Positions 1 through 6,631 are shown, counted from the stretch's first letter. The stretch is 34,243 bases of DNA from a virus (IMGVR_UViG_3300042883_000524:1-34243); one strand, 5' to 3'. A program made the numbers and translations. The notes: a model not told the origin generated them from the sequence alone.

Positions 1-127
1 CTTCTTCAAATGCTTTATAAATTTCAATTACATACTTTTTAGCTTCACCTAATAATAAGCCTTTTACATTTTCAGCTACTACAACTTTTGGTTGTAACTC
101 TTTTGCCAGGTCTATGAAGTCAAAAAA
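1..127. repeat. Terminal direct repeat, left copy (assembly overlap of a circular or permuted genome)
   Basis: 1-127 (cttcttcaaatgc...gaagtcaaaaaa) is identical to 34117-34243, and the MTase frame continues across the join. Confidence 0.97.
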
Positions 128-502
128 CAAAGTATCTAAAACCTGTAATTCTTGTCCCTCTCTGAATTTTTTTTCTTTACCCCAATCCTTTTCACGATTG
201 CCAGCCATTGAAAAACTACTGCATGGCGGTGAACCGTCTAAAATATCTAAGTTATACAGTTCTTTTGGTAAATCTTTACGTTTAGCAAAAGTTGTAATCG
301 ATTCCAAAAACGAATATTTAGGTTTATGATTTTCTTTGTAAACTTCTACCATTTTAGGATCAATATCATTGTGTCCTATTACATCGAATCCAGCAAGTTT
401 ATACCCCATAGTAGAACCACCACCACAAGCAAAGCAACTAAATACTTTTCCTTTATCTTTTGTGAAGTTAGCTTCACTTAATTTCCAATTATAATGCATC
501 AT
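1..502 (-). CDS. DNA (cytosine-5)-methyltransferase, N-terminal part (continues across the junction at 34116 to 33554; 354 aa in total)
   Basis: Hand translation from ATG 502 gives MMHYNWKLSEAN...FSCFACGGGS (motif I)...DGSPPC (motif IV, catalytic Cys)...AENVKG (motif VI). Not in the ORF track because it wraps the contig end. Confidence 0.93.
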   Translation of the reverse strand, partial: MMHYNWKLSEANFTKDKGKVFSCFACGGGSTMGYKLAGFDVIGHNDIDPKMVEVYKENHKPKYSFLESITTFAKRKDLPKELYNLDILDGSPPCSSFSMAGNREKDWGKEKKFREGQELQVLDTLFFDFIDLAKELQPKVVVAENVKGLLLGEAKKYVIEIYKAFEE

Positions 503-677
503 ACTTCTTTTTTAATTGTTCAACGTGTCTTTTAATATGTTCTAATTCTTTAAGAACAAAGTTTAGCTTACCTATCGTTTCTAATCGTTCTGGTTGCTTA
601 TTTATTATTTCATGCATTGATTGATTTACTTTATAAATTTCAGCATCTATTATTATATTACTTAGCTTTCCATCCAT
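489..677 (-). CDS. hypothetical protein (62 aa, helical)
   Basis: ORF overlaps both neighbours in the minus-strand operon. Confidence 0.6.
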   Translation of the reverse strand: MDGKLSNIIIDAEIYKVNQSMHEIINKQPERLETIGKLNFVLKELEHIKRHVEQLKKKYDAL

Positions 678-898
678 TCTTTTGCTTCAATTTTAGTGTC
701 GTACATAATTATATCCTTTCTAATCAATCCGAGTCTAAATATTGATTCTTGTAAACTAGATATTAAATCTATTCTAGCAGCATGATTTTCTTGTAACCAA
801 TCAACAGAATCTTTATACTTATCCATTATGCTTTCGATTTTTTTAATTGCTATTATACTGTCTATTGTCATAATCCTTGTAGTTCGTTTGAATCCCAA
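662..898 (-). CDS. hypothetical protein
   Basis: ORF in the operon; the true start may be the internal MTIDS ATG that overlaps the helicase stop. Confidence 0.6.
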   Translation of the reverse strand: MGFKRTTRIMTIDSIIAIKKIESIMDKYKDSVDWLQENHAARIDLISSLQESIFRLGLIRKDIIMYDTKIEAKEWMES

Positions 899-2346
899 AT
901 GTCTTCAATATTATTACTAATACTTTTCTCTGTAATCATAAATTTAAGAAGTCCACCAGGAGAACGTGAATCGTATTCATATCCATAAAACTGACAATAC
1001 TTTTTAATTGATTGTGTCACTTCCTTTTTAGACTTTGCTAGGAATGATTTTGATAAACTAAACTTGTATTTATCATAAGTTTCTTGACCGCTTAACCATT
1101 CGTTTCTTGGTAATTCTTGACAATATTCAAATAATTCTTTTCCTAAATCTGCTTCTAATTTTTTTACAGGCAAAGATATAGATTTATACGAAACTAATCC
1201 ATGATTAAGATACTTCTTTAAACATTCGATCATATAGCAATCAAATCTAGCCCACTCTAAATCATCCCAATCTGTAAACAAGTAATGACCAAAAAATTCG
1301 TATGGTGTATTATTAGCATTAAAGAATGTGGATAGTTCTAATTCAAACTTTCGTGCATCGTGAGAGTCCCCATTACCCTTTAAAACGTAGTTTGTAGATA
1401 TAATAATCTTTGGTGAATCTTCTACAGGTAATTTAATAGTATCTTTTCCTTTATATGTAATGTCAATTCCCTCTGTAATTACACTAAATAAATTCTCGAA
1501 TTGAAAGTTCTTTTTAACATCATCAAATACCAATATCTGACAATCTGTTTTTACTGATTGATATGGAAAGTCACCACCAAATTTAAACTGCTTACCATCT
1601 ATTGACTGCAATTTCTTCATGTGTTTAAGACTATTCCAAAATACACCCTTACCGCTTCTACCATTTGGTGAGTCACTTATCATTTCATCGTTAAGAATAA
1701 TTGCTTTATTGTTGCCAGATGTTTTGTAAGAATGTATTAGATATCCTATTGCACTTTGAAACGAATTGTATCTATCAACTGCAGAATCGTATTTAATTTT
1801 TTCATCTGCAGATGGTGTGCTTCCTAAATCAAAACCACCTGATATTTTCCAAACAAACTTCCTAAACTCTGAATGGTGATGGTCTGAATCTACATACTTT
1901 CTTTTAATAACCTGGTTTTCCCAAATATTAAGATTAAAATCAGAATAGTTTTTAAGTTCGGACTTATTTTTAGTAACTTCTAAAACACCATTTTCGTAAA
2001 ATAAGTATGCAGTGTCTTTTGTATCTTTTAAAACTTTAATTTCTTTACTATCAATCATGCTTAAATAATCCCTTTTAAAGAACTTTATATTCGAAGTCAT
2101 AAGATTGTATACATCTTCACTTAATCTCTCTTCTAAGATATGTTTAAGCACAAAGTCTTTTAAGTCTACCTCATCCACTATTTCTAAGAATATCCCATTC
2201 TTTTTAATAATGTTAAATGTACTATTTGGATTAGGTTTGTTTTTACTGAAATTATTCATTTCTAAGAATCTCTTGAATTTATAATTATTCAAGGATACTT
2301 TTCCGTCTTGGTTTACTGACCAAAATTTCTCTTCAGGATTAATCAT
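868..2346 (-). CDS. SF3 (D5/P4-alpha-like) replicative helicase / origin-binding protein, with no recognisable primase domain
   Basis: Walker A GRSGKG, Walker B ILVFDDV and sensor-1 IIISTN with SF3 spacing. The C-terminal ~90 aa resemble a winged helix. Confidence 0.8.
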   Translation of the reverse strand: MINPEEKFWSVNQDGKVSLNNYKFKRFLEMNNFSKNKPNPNSTFNIIKKNGIFLEIVDEVDLKDFVLKHILEERLSEDVYNLMTSNIKFFKRDYLSMIDSKEIKVLKDTKDTAYLFYENGVLEVTKNKSELKNYSDFNLNIWENQVIKRKYVDSDHHHSEFRKFVWKISGGFDLGSTPSADEKIKYDSAVDRYNSFQSAIGYLIHSYKTSGNNKAIILNDEMISDSPNGRSGKGVFWNSLKHMKKLQSIDGKQFKFGGDFPYQSVKTDCQILVFDDVKKNFQFENLFSVITEGIDITYKGKDTIKLPVEDSPKIIISTNYVLKGNGDSHDARKFELELSTFFNANNTPYEFFGHYLFTDWDDLEWARFDCYMIECLKKYLNHGLVSYKSISLPVKKLEADLGKELFEYCQELPRNEWLSGQETYDKYKFSLSKSFLAKSKKEVTQSIKKYCQFYGYEYDSRSPGGLLKFMITEKSISNNIEDIWDSNELQGL

Positions 2347-2621
2347 ATTACTTTTATATTATCTACTCTGTTATTAAACACATCTTTATCTATTCTAGTT
2401 ACTTTCTTAAATGATTCACTAATGAACTTCCTAGCAACTTCGGATGCCAAAAATACATCTTTTTTTCTACTATTATTATCTAGTGTCAAAGTTACTTTTG
2501 TTTTATATTGATTGCATTTTATAGGCTTTAAGTTACGATTAGTGTTTCTATTCGTAACATTTCCAAAATTACTAATATAATAATGTTCTTCTAAATGCTT
2601 CCACTCTTCTACTAATAACAT
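2343..2621 (-). CDS. degenerate NUMOD4/HNH-derived protein
   Basis: NUMOD4 pattern EEWK...YYISNFGNV; HNH remnant VARKFI...RIDKDVFNNRVDNI lacks the His residues. Confidence 0.65.
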   Translation of the reverse strand: MLLVEEWKHLEEHYYISNFGNVTNRNTNRNLKPIKCNQYKTKVTLTLDNNSRKKDVFLASEVARKFISESFKKVTRIDKDVFNNRVDNIKVI

Positions 2622-2884
2622 TCTCCTACTTTTTTATAATATTTAGATTCTTTACTTTTCCATTCATCCCAATCATTAAAATTAGTACAATCGTTAACTG
2701 TGTAAATGGTTGCGTGATTTGTATTGCTTTCCCCTGGTGATCCTATAACTGTATATTGAATAATTTTTACTATTCTATCACAATTACAATTTTTTACAGG
2801 AGTAACTGGTTGTATTGCTACTTCTTCTTTCTGACAGCTAAACAATCCAATTGCTATTGCTGATGCTAAAATAATTTTTTTCAT
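2612..2884 (-). CDS. lipoprotein (90 aa), probably surface-exposed
   Basis: MKKIILASAIAIGLFS-C17-QKEE gives an SPII signal and lipobox; four further Cys. Start moved from 2944 to ATG 2884 because 2885-2954 is a terminator/leader. Confidence 0.8.
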   Translation of the reverse strand: MKKIILASAIAIGLFSCQKEEVAIQPVTPVKNCNCDRIVKIIQYTVIGSPGESNTNHATIYTVNDCTNFNDWDEWKSKESKYYKKVGECY

Positions 2885-2900
2885 AATAATTTGTTTAAAT

Positions 2901-2954
2901 AAAAAGCCCCTATTAATCCTAACACATCCTACCTTGTTATTCATAATAGAGGCT
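2901..2954 (-). terminator. intrinsic terminator/attenuator in the leader of the lipoprotein-helicase operon
   Basis: Stem AGCCTCTATTA/TAATAGGGGCT followed by a T run, with an inner stem TAACA/TGTTA. Confidence 0.7.
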
Positions 2955-2997
2955 CTTAAAATCTCTTTGTTCTTATAGTGTAGGATGAGAACGTGAG

Positions 2998-3027
2998 CAA
3001 ATATAAATATTCTTTTTTAATCTACAA
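2998..3027 (-). promoter_or_regulatory. Bacteroidota primary-sigma promoter (-33/-7)
   Basis: Minus strand reads TTG-N19-TATATTTG, matching the TTG / TAnnTTTG consensus. Confidence 0.8.
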
Positions 3028-3047
3028 TACTTTTTATAAAAATAATT

Positions 3048-3298
3048 ACATCTCTACACATCTTTACGCTATCTCTACACTAATCTCTACGGGTTAAAGT
3101 GTTGATTATAATAGTATTTATGGTTTTTTGTAGAGTTGTAGAGATGAATTTACGATTTTTTTTATTTTCACCTGTTCCGTTTTATATAAAAGATTGGCAT
3201 TTCTCCTCTACATCTCTACACTTTTACGTGAACCCTATATTTTACTAAGGGTATAGCTGTAGAGATGACTGTAGAGATGTGTAGAGATGTAGAGATGT
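3048..3298. repeat. iteron array, candidate origin of replication (12 copies of an ATCTCTACA-type unit)
   Basis: Four forward copies (3048-3090, one degenerate), two reverse (3129-3146), an AT-rich centre, two forward (3206-3221) and four reverse (3258-3298); non-coding. Confidence 0.8.
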
Positions 3299-3516
3299 CA
3301 CTCCATCAACAATCCATTCTCATGCATTATTTGACGAATTTTATTGCGTACTTCTTCTGCATTTTCTATTTCAGAACCTATTTCTGAGTATTTATAGATC
3401 CCTCGATAGTATTGATCTAGTTCATCTATTACAAGCGCGTACTTCCATCCGTATAATGCGCATTTTAAATCTTCGCTGTCTTCTATTGAGTCGAATTCTA
3501 GTGTAACTTTTGGCAT
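3298..3516 (-). CDS. hypothetical protein
   Basis: 72-aa ORF starting 6 nt after the phosphoesterase stop. Confidence 0.7.
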   Translation of the reverse strand: MPKVTLEFDSIEDSEDLKCALYGWKYALVIDELDQYYRGIYKYSEIGSEIENAEEVRNKIRQIMHENGLLME

Positions 3517-3522
3517 AATATC

Positions 3523-4641
3523 TTAAAAAAGTGTAGTAATTCTGCAAACTTGTCCATGTGTTTTATGGAATATAAAGCCTTCTATTGCTAGTGGTGAGTG
3601 TTGATATCCACTTTTGTGATGCCATGAGTCTGCTGGTGAAGGTGAACGTAATGATTCAATTTGTACGGACATTACATCCTTGCTAGTTTTGTGGTGTACG
3701 TGGTGAGTAAACCAATAACGATGCTTACAATCGTGCCAATGTTGACTAGCTTCGTGACACATTAGCAATGGTAAATCAGTTTGTTTAGCTCCATCTCCAT
3801 GTGTTGTACCGATTAAGTTCTTACCGTATACCGAATATTTACGATGTGCTGGTGAACGATTAAATGTAATGTTTGGATGTTCGTTATACCATGAGTATAT
3901 AGAATCCATTAAGAAAAAACCCGACATCTCATCGTGGTTGGATACATTATATACTACTTCTAGGTCTGCAATTGCTACGAGTGTGCTAATAATATCAATA
4001 TATAATTGCTTAGCCATTAGGAAGGCATCAAACCACTTCATGTGTGTATCCTGTGGAGTAAACTTAGTGGTTGAATTTCGTGTGTTATCCGTGTTTAAAA
4101 CGTCGTTACCTACAATGAGTATTATCTTATCTATATTAAAGCCCTTAGACTTGCTTATAATCGATGCTACAGCATCTCTAACACGTTGCACTGCCATCTG
4201 AGAGTTGTATTCTTCTCCTGTTTCAAATGCAGAACATAGCTTGTTGACGTGGATGTCAGCTGGATCTATAAGTAAACAGTGTGAGTCTTCCTCTGATTCC
4301 GTTCGAATTATCTGAATGTAATCAGGTTTGATGTCTTTAACCGATGCGATAAAGTCTTCCTTAAAGTCTTCATACTTGAAAGTATCCGTCTCACCTTTTA
4401 CGTTGATGGAATAGTGTTTTCCTTTATACCAATATTGTTTTATCTTTTCAGGATCTATTCCAACGGCTTCACACTCATCGAATACACCTTTGCTTTTCTC
4501 TTTGTTTATGATTTCTGAAGTTCTTCTTCTTTTACTATCCGTAAATTCGATGTTATTTTCTTTACAGATTTTCTTTGCTATGTCAGAGATAGGTAATCCT
4601 GACTTGTATAGACTTAGCATTTGGTCTTTGTGTTCCTTCAT
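3523..4641 (-). CDS. calcineurin-like metallophosphoesterase with an N-terminal HTH
   Basis: Motifs ADIH, GNDVLNTD, SNHD, HGD and HHVHH; N-terminus LYKSGLPISDIAKKI is HTH-like. Confidence 0.8.
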   Translation of the reverse strand: MKEHKDQMLSLYKSGLPISDIAKKICKENNIEFTDSKRRRTSEIINKEKSKGVFDECEAVGIDPEKIKQYWYKGKHYSINVKGETDTFKYEDFKEDFIASVKDIKPDYIQIIRTESEEDSHCLLIDPADIHVNKLCSAFETGEEYNSQMAVQRVRDAVASIISKSKGFNIDKIILIVGNDVLNTDNTRNSTTKFTPQDTHMKWFDAFLMAKQLYIDIISTLVAIADLEVVYNVSNHDEMSGFFLMDSIYSWYNEHPNITFNRSPAHRKYSVYGKNLIGTTHGDGAKQTDLPLLMCHEASQHWHDCKHRYWFTHHVHHKTSKDVMSVQIESLRSPSPADSWHHKSGYQHSPLAIEGFIFHKTHGQVCRITTLF

Positions 4642-4649
4642 ATGTTTAA

Positions 4650-4671
4650 AACTAATAAATTAAGTAATTGT
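4650..4671 (-). promoter_or_regulatory. putative phage-sigma late promoter ACAA-N14-AGTT
   Basis: TTTAAAACAATTACTTAATTTATTAGTT-N8-ATG(4641); lies right after a terminator. Confidence 0.65.
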
Positions 4672-4680
4672 TTTAAACAT

Positions 4681-4710
4681 AAAAAAACTCCTACCAATTA
4701 CGATAGGAGT
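4681..4710 (-). terminator. rho-independent terminator
   Basis: ACTCCTATCG-TAAT-TGGTAGGAGT-TTTTTT. Confidence 0.85.
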
Positions 4711-4727
4711 CCAAGCAAGAGGCTTTA

Positions 4728-4913
4728 CTACATCGAGTATGGAGTTACGTTGCTATATTCATAATCTAGCCATACATCAAAACTACTTTTGAAACCACAA
4801 TAGGCACACTCAATTGTATCTGCTTTCATTATGTTTCTTTTAAATTCAGATGTTCTTTCTTGACATGATTTACAACCGCACGAGCTTTCTTTTTTGCAAT
4901 TTGGGCAGAACAT
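4728..4913 (-). CDS. small Cys-rich (zinc-ribbon) protein
   Basis: CPNC, CGCKSC and CAYC motifs. Confidence 0.65.
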   Translation of the reverse strand: MFCPNCKKESSCGCKSCQERTSEFKRNIMKADTIECAYCGFKSSFDVWLDYEYSNVTPYSM

Positions 4914-4958
4914 TTATCTCTTTATTTTGTTTAATTTCCGTTTTCTAATCAAATAAGA

Positions 4959-5141
4959 TTATATATTTCGTTCATAGGCGTACCAAGCGTCTATCCATAG
5001 CAATCTAAACTCAAGCGTTACAAACTGCTTTAAAGCATAAGGGTCATTAACTCTGACCATAAAGCCAAAACCTCTAAACACTTTACTGAATCCAAAACAT
5101 AAAGTGTGCTTTCCTTTTGTTTTTCTTTTATACCATTTCAT
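4959..5141 (-). CDS. hypothetical protein
   Basis: 60-aa ORF, ATGA-coupled to the upstream frame. Confidence 0.6.
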   Translation of the reverse strand: MKWYKRKTKGKHTLCFGFSKVFRGFGFMVRVNDPYALKQFVTLEFRLLWIDAWYAYERNI

Positions 5142-5368
5142 TTCTTTAATATGTATTTAATTAATTCTTTTTTTGTCATTGGTGCAAAAATAAACTTACC
5201 ATCTACTCTCTGCATAATACCATTATCTTTTTTCATTCGTTTGTAAGTGCATAATCTACATTCTATTACAACTCATTTATCTGCTTCACGTTGATATTTT
5301 GAATTGTTAACGTGGAATAAGAATAAAGGATAGTTTCGTTTACACGTAAAGCATATTTTTCTTTTCAT
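5138..5368 (-). pseudogene. zinc-finger protein interrupted by an in-frame TGA
   Basis: MKRKICFTCK...READK*VVIECRLCTYKR...YILKK*; internal TGA at 5273-5275, then the frame stays open to an ATGA-coupled stop. Confidence 0.65.
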
Positions 5369-5369
5369 A

Positions 5370-5468
5370 TCAACAAGCTATTAATGCAACTAATAAAATA
5401 GGTATCAAACACAATACGTAAAATAGTACGTATATTAATAGTTCTTTTTGTACATCAGTTAGTTTCAT
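5370..5468 (-). CDS. small membrane peptide (32 aa)
   Basis: MKLTDVQKELLIYVLFYVLCLIPILLVALIAC; tightly packed between its neighbours. Confidence 0.55.
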   Translation of the reverse strand: MKLTDVQKELLIYVLFYVLCLIPILLVALIAC

Positions 5469-5471
5469 CCT

Positions 5472-5618
5472 TTACTTTTTAATTGTTATACCTTTTTGCT
5501 CTTTGAGAATCTCGTCAATTATATCTCGAACTCTAATCACTAATAATTCTTGTGCAGGCTCTAATTCCCAACCAATCTTTTCAAGTTCTCGAATTATTTT
5601 CTTTGTTGTTATTTTCAT
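5472..5618 (-). CDS. small protein (48 aa), paralog of 28973-29125
   Basis: MKITTKKIIRELEKIGWELEPAQELLVIRVRDIIDEILKEQKGITIKK. Confidence 0.75.
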   Translation of the reverse strand: MKITTKKIIRELEKIGWELEPAQELLVIRVRDIIDEILKEQKGITIKK

Positions 5619-5745
5619 GGTTTATAATTTTAATTATCGGCTCTCCTTTTTCGTTTAACTCTCTAATATACATAGTTACTTTTTCACTATGTTTTCTATT
5701 GATGGTAACATTATGCCACCCGTTATTATCTGTCGTTATTTTCAT
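5581..5745 (-). CDS. hypothetical protein
   Basis: Likely start MKITTDNNGW at ATG 5745; the 5784 start lies in the att-like region. Confidence 0.5.
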   Translation of the reverse strand: MKITTDNNGWHNVTINRKHSEKVTMYIRELNEKGEPIIKIINHENNNKENNSRT

Positions 5746-5786
5746 CTTTATTATTTGTATATGCGTTATGTAGCGATTAGCCATTA

Positions 5787-5962
5787 GTTAGGTGCAATAT
5801 TGACGTTAATTAATACACCTTAAGTTAGAATAACAATCCCAGCATAAATTTGGGTAAAAAAAACTAACAGGTATTAATTCACCACATCCTAAACACGGTT
5901 CTAATTTTTCATTTGATTTCATATATTTATTTTATATTGTTAAATAAAATACTGCACCTAAC
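5787..5962 (-). mobile_element. integron-cassette-like unit bounded by GTTAGGTGCA...TGCACCTAAC
   Basis: 14/15-bp inverted ends (5787-5801 and 5948-5962) enclose a single ORF; the unit begins at the GTTRRRY core of the adjacent attC-like site. Confidence 0.55.
5806..5922 (-). CDS. small zinc-finger protein (38 aa), cassette cargo
   Basis: MKSNEKLEPCLGCGELIPVSFFYPNLCWDCYSNLRCIN, with two CxxC pairs. Confidence 0.6.
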   Translation of the reverse strand: MKSNEKLEPCLGCGELIPVSFFYPNLCWDCYSNLRCIN

Positions 5963-6020
5963 AGCATCTATACGCAAATACGTATATATCCAAGGTGCGT
6001 ATAGTTGCAAAACGTTACAG
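5956..6020 (-). other. attC-like recombination site
   Basis: Minus strand CTGTAAC-GTTTT-GCAACTATACGCA-N19-TGCGTATAGATGC-T-GTTAGGT; 65 nt; the TAA in TAAC is the stop of the upstream gene. Confidence 0.55.
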
Positions 6021-6305
6021 CCTATTATATATCTGTTTTTCACTTTCACTTAAATCATTGTAAGTACATTTGAATCCAAACATTTCTTCTTCAGTCATAT
6101 ATTCAGTATCTTTGTAACCTAACACTGCTTTACTAAAATACTTTGCTTTCTCTTTATCTAGTCTTTTTTGACCTTCTATTTGACACTTACTAATCCTTGT
6201 CGCGCGTTTATTCAACTCGTTTAGTATTGTAGTGTTAAAAGGTGACCTTTGTAGTCTACGTGTTAAATCTTCCGTAGCTAGTTTTCTTGCATATTCTTGT
6301 GTCAT
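6015..6305 (-). CDS. hypothetical protein
   Basis: 96-aa ORF whose stop lies in the attC-like R'' box. Confidence 0.7.
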   Translation of the reverse strand: MTQEYARKLATEDLTRRLQRSPFNTTILNELNKRATRISKCQIEGQKRLDKEKAKYFSKAVLGYKDTEYMTEEEMFGFKCTYNDLSESEKQIYNRL

Positions 6306-6309
6306 AACT

Positions 6310-6387
6310 TTAAAATTTACCGTATAATTTAAAACAAACGCTAATAGTAATAATTATCACTATTAAAATTATTCTTGCTAGTATCAT
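6310..6387 (-). CDS. small membrane peptide (25 aa)
   Basis: MILARIILIVIIITISVCFKLYGKF; ATGA-coupled to the upstream ORF. Confidence 0.5.
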   Translation of the reverse strand: MILARIILIVIIITISVCFKLYGKF

Positions 6388-6521
6388 ATATTAATGTATT
6401 TAATACGATCGTCACTAAATAGCTCTTTATTTGCATCCTTAACGCGTTTAAGCGTTTTTCTTTCTTTATCGATAGTATTTATCATGTAATAAATAAAACC
6501 TCCTACAATTAACTCTAACAT
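6384..6521 (-). CDS. small protein with a hydrophobic N-terminus (45 aa)
   Basis: MLELIVGGFIYYMINTIDKERKTLKRVKDANKELFSDDRIKYINI; first ORF after the 6547 promoter. Confidence 0.6.
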   Translation of the reverse strand: MLELIVGGFIYYMINTIDKERKTLKRVKDANKELFSDDRIKYINI

Positions 6522-6544
6522 CTTTTTATATTTTAAATTGTTTC

Positions 6545-6585
6545 TACAAATATAATACTTTTATTATAATAAAATAACAATTCAA
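6545..6585 (-). promoter_or_regulatory. host-sigma promoter with a palindromic operator-like site
   Basis: TATATTTG at 6547-6554; perfect palindrome TTTTATTATAATAAAA at 6559-6574; 35/41 identical to 32045-32085. Confidence 0.75.
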
Positions 6586-6604
6586 GAAAAAAAGTTTTGA
6601 TTAT

Positions 6605-6631
6605 AAAAAAACCCACTCGTTTGAGTAGGTT
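6605..6631 (-). terminator. rho-independent terminator ending the lysis operon
   Basis: AACCTACTC-AAAC-GAGTGGGTT-TTTTT. Confidence 0.85.

Noticed and set aside
1-127. Terminal repeat as a physical T7-like DTR or att site
   Set aside because: It is an exact 127-nt overlap in the middle of a gene, typical of assembly circularisation; there is no integrase or host flank.
2885-2944. N-terminal extension of the lipoprotein given in the track (likewise 12297-12335 and 9166-9237 for their genes)
   Set aside because: These extensions run through terminator or promoter elements or upstream genes; the downstream ATGs fit the signal peptide, motif spacing or gene packing.
3048-3298. Repeat array as a CRISPR or mini-array
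   Set aside because: The units are only about 9 nt, occur in both orientations, have no regular unique spacers, and there are no cas genes.
5273-5275. Genome-wide stop-codon reassignment
   Set aside because: Large genes are intact in code 11, many genes end in TGA with ATGA coupling, and no suppressor tRNA was seen.
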